Assembly (NCBI GenBank): GCA_964234715.1
Contig: OZ174281.1
DNA: 64,000 nucleotides
From: Podarcis melisellensis
Lineage: Eukaryota
Reading direction: 5' to 3' (one strand)
Shown in pieces: positions 63,340 through 64,000 of this stretch. A model generated the notes under the pieces. That model had not been told where the DNA came from and did no database searches. It saw only the letters and a list, made by a program, of their open reading frames with translations. Position numbers and translations under genes: made by a program. Each line of letters opens with the position of its first letter. Positions within the stretch are counted from its first letter, which is position 1.

Positions 63340-64000
63340 CATGTGTGTTGAGTGAAGACATCCCCACTCCTTCTCTGATGTGAACTACACTGTGAGAATG
63401 CAACTTGAAATGCAACCTTGCTCCATTTGAAGCCTCTAATGTGAACATTGCCTGGCACCGAAAAACTAACAACATTAGTGCCATGCTTGTTTCGCTGGGG
63501 TGAAAATTCCAAAAACTGGGAACCACCACTGAAAAAGCTTGTTCCCTCATTGCCACCCTCCACACCTTCCTTGGAAGAGGCACACTGGGAAGGGCCCATT
63601 AGATTATTGAAGGGTCTTATGAAAAGGTTCATAAGGAGAGAGGCTGTTGTTGCCATATTGGGTCCTGAGGCCTACAATAGCTCAAAACCAGCACCTTGAA
63701 TTTAGCCTGGAAATGAGTTGGTAGCCATTTGGACCAGAATCATTGTTATGTGGTACCAGTCAGCAATCAGGCCACTGAATTCTATACTAGGTGCAGTTTC
63801 CAAACCACCTTGAAAGGCAGCCCTACATGTGCTGCACTGTAGTAATCTAACCTAGACGTGACTTGAGCATGAACGATAGAAGCTAGGTTATCCCCATCCA
63901 AATTGGATTGCAGCTGGACCATTCCATGCCACAGAGACCACTTGTGCTTCCAGTGTCTGTAGTGGAGCCAGACCAGAACCCCATCTAGAACAGGTCCATG
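63340..64000 (-). mobile_element. L2 LINE 3' portion, running off the window
   Basis: REQAFSVVVPSFWN motif and an upstream SRLDY...VGLPFKVVWKL remnant. Confidence 0.75.

Overview
Vertebrate genomic DNA, most likely a squamate (probably a lacertid lizard, judged from Sauria/Squam1 SINE, BovB, CR1/L2/L1 relics and palindromic hAT MITEs). The first ~5.2 kb holds what look like the last two coding exons of an unidentified + strand gene. Just downstream is a Staf/ZNF143 + TATA-like arrangement around N-masked sequence that may hide a small-RNA gene. The rest is non-coding and repeat-rich, and almost all six-frame ORFs are spurious or TE-derived. Two very young retroelements sit side by side at 16.9-22.4 kb. 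(1) A 5'-truncated Penelope-like element (GIY-YIG endonuclease) in (TA)n, arranged as two nested near-perfect inverted repeats with three copies of a minimal hammerhead-ribozyme core. (2) A non-autonomous Ngaro-type (tyrosine-recombinase, split-direct-repeat) element expanded into an array A-B-A-B-A-C-B-A-B-A-C-B. It has a 3-bp CAA crossover core, a hairpin over every B|A junction, and a segment in C that is colinearly antisense to the poly(A) signal of B. That segment is a candidate RNA switch for read-through of the first B repeat and is the most novel-looking signal here. No searches or folding programs were run; all mechanisms are inference.
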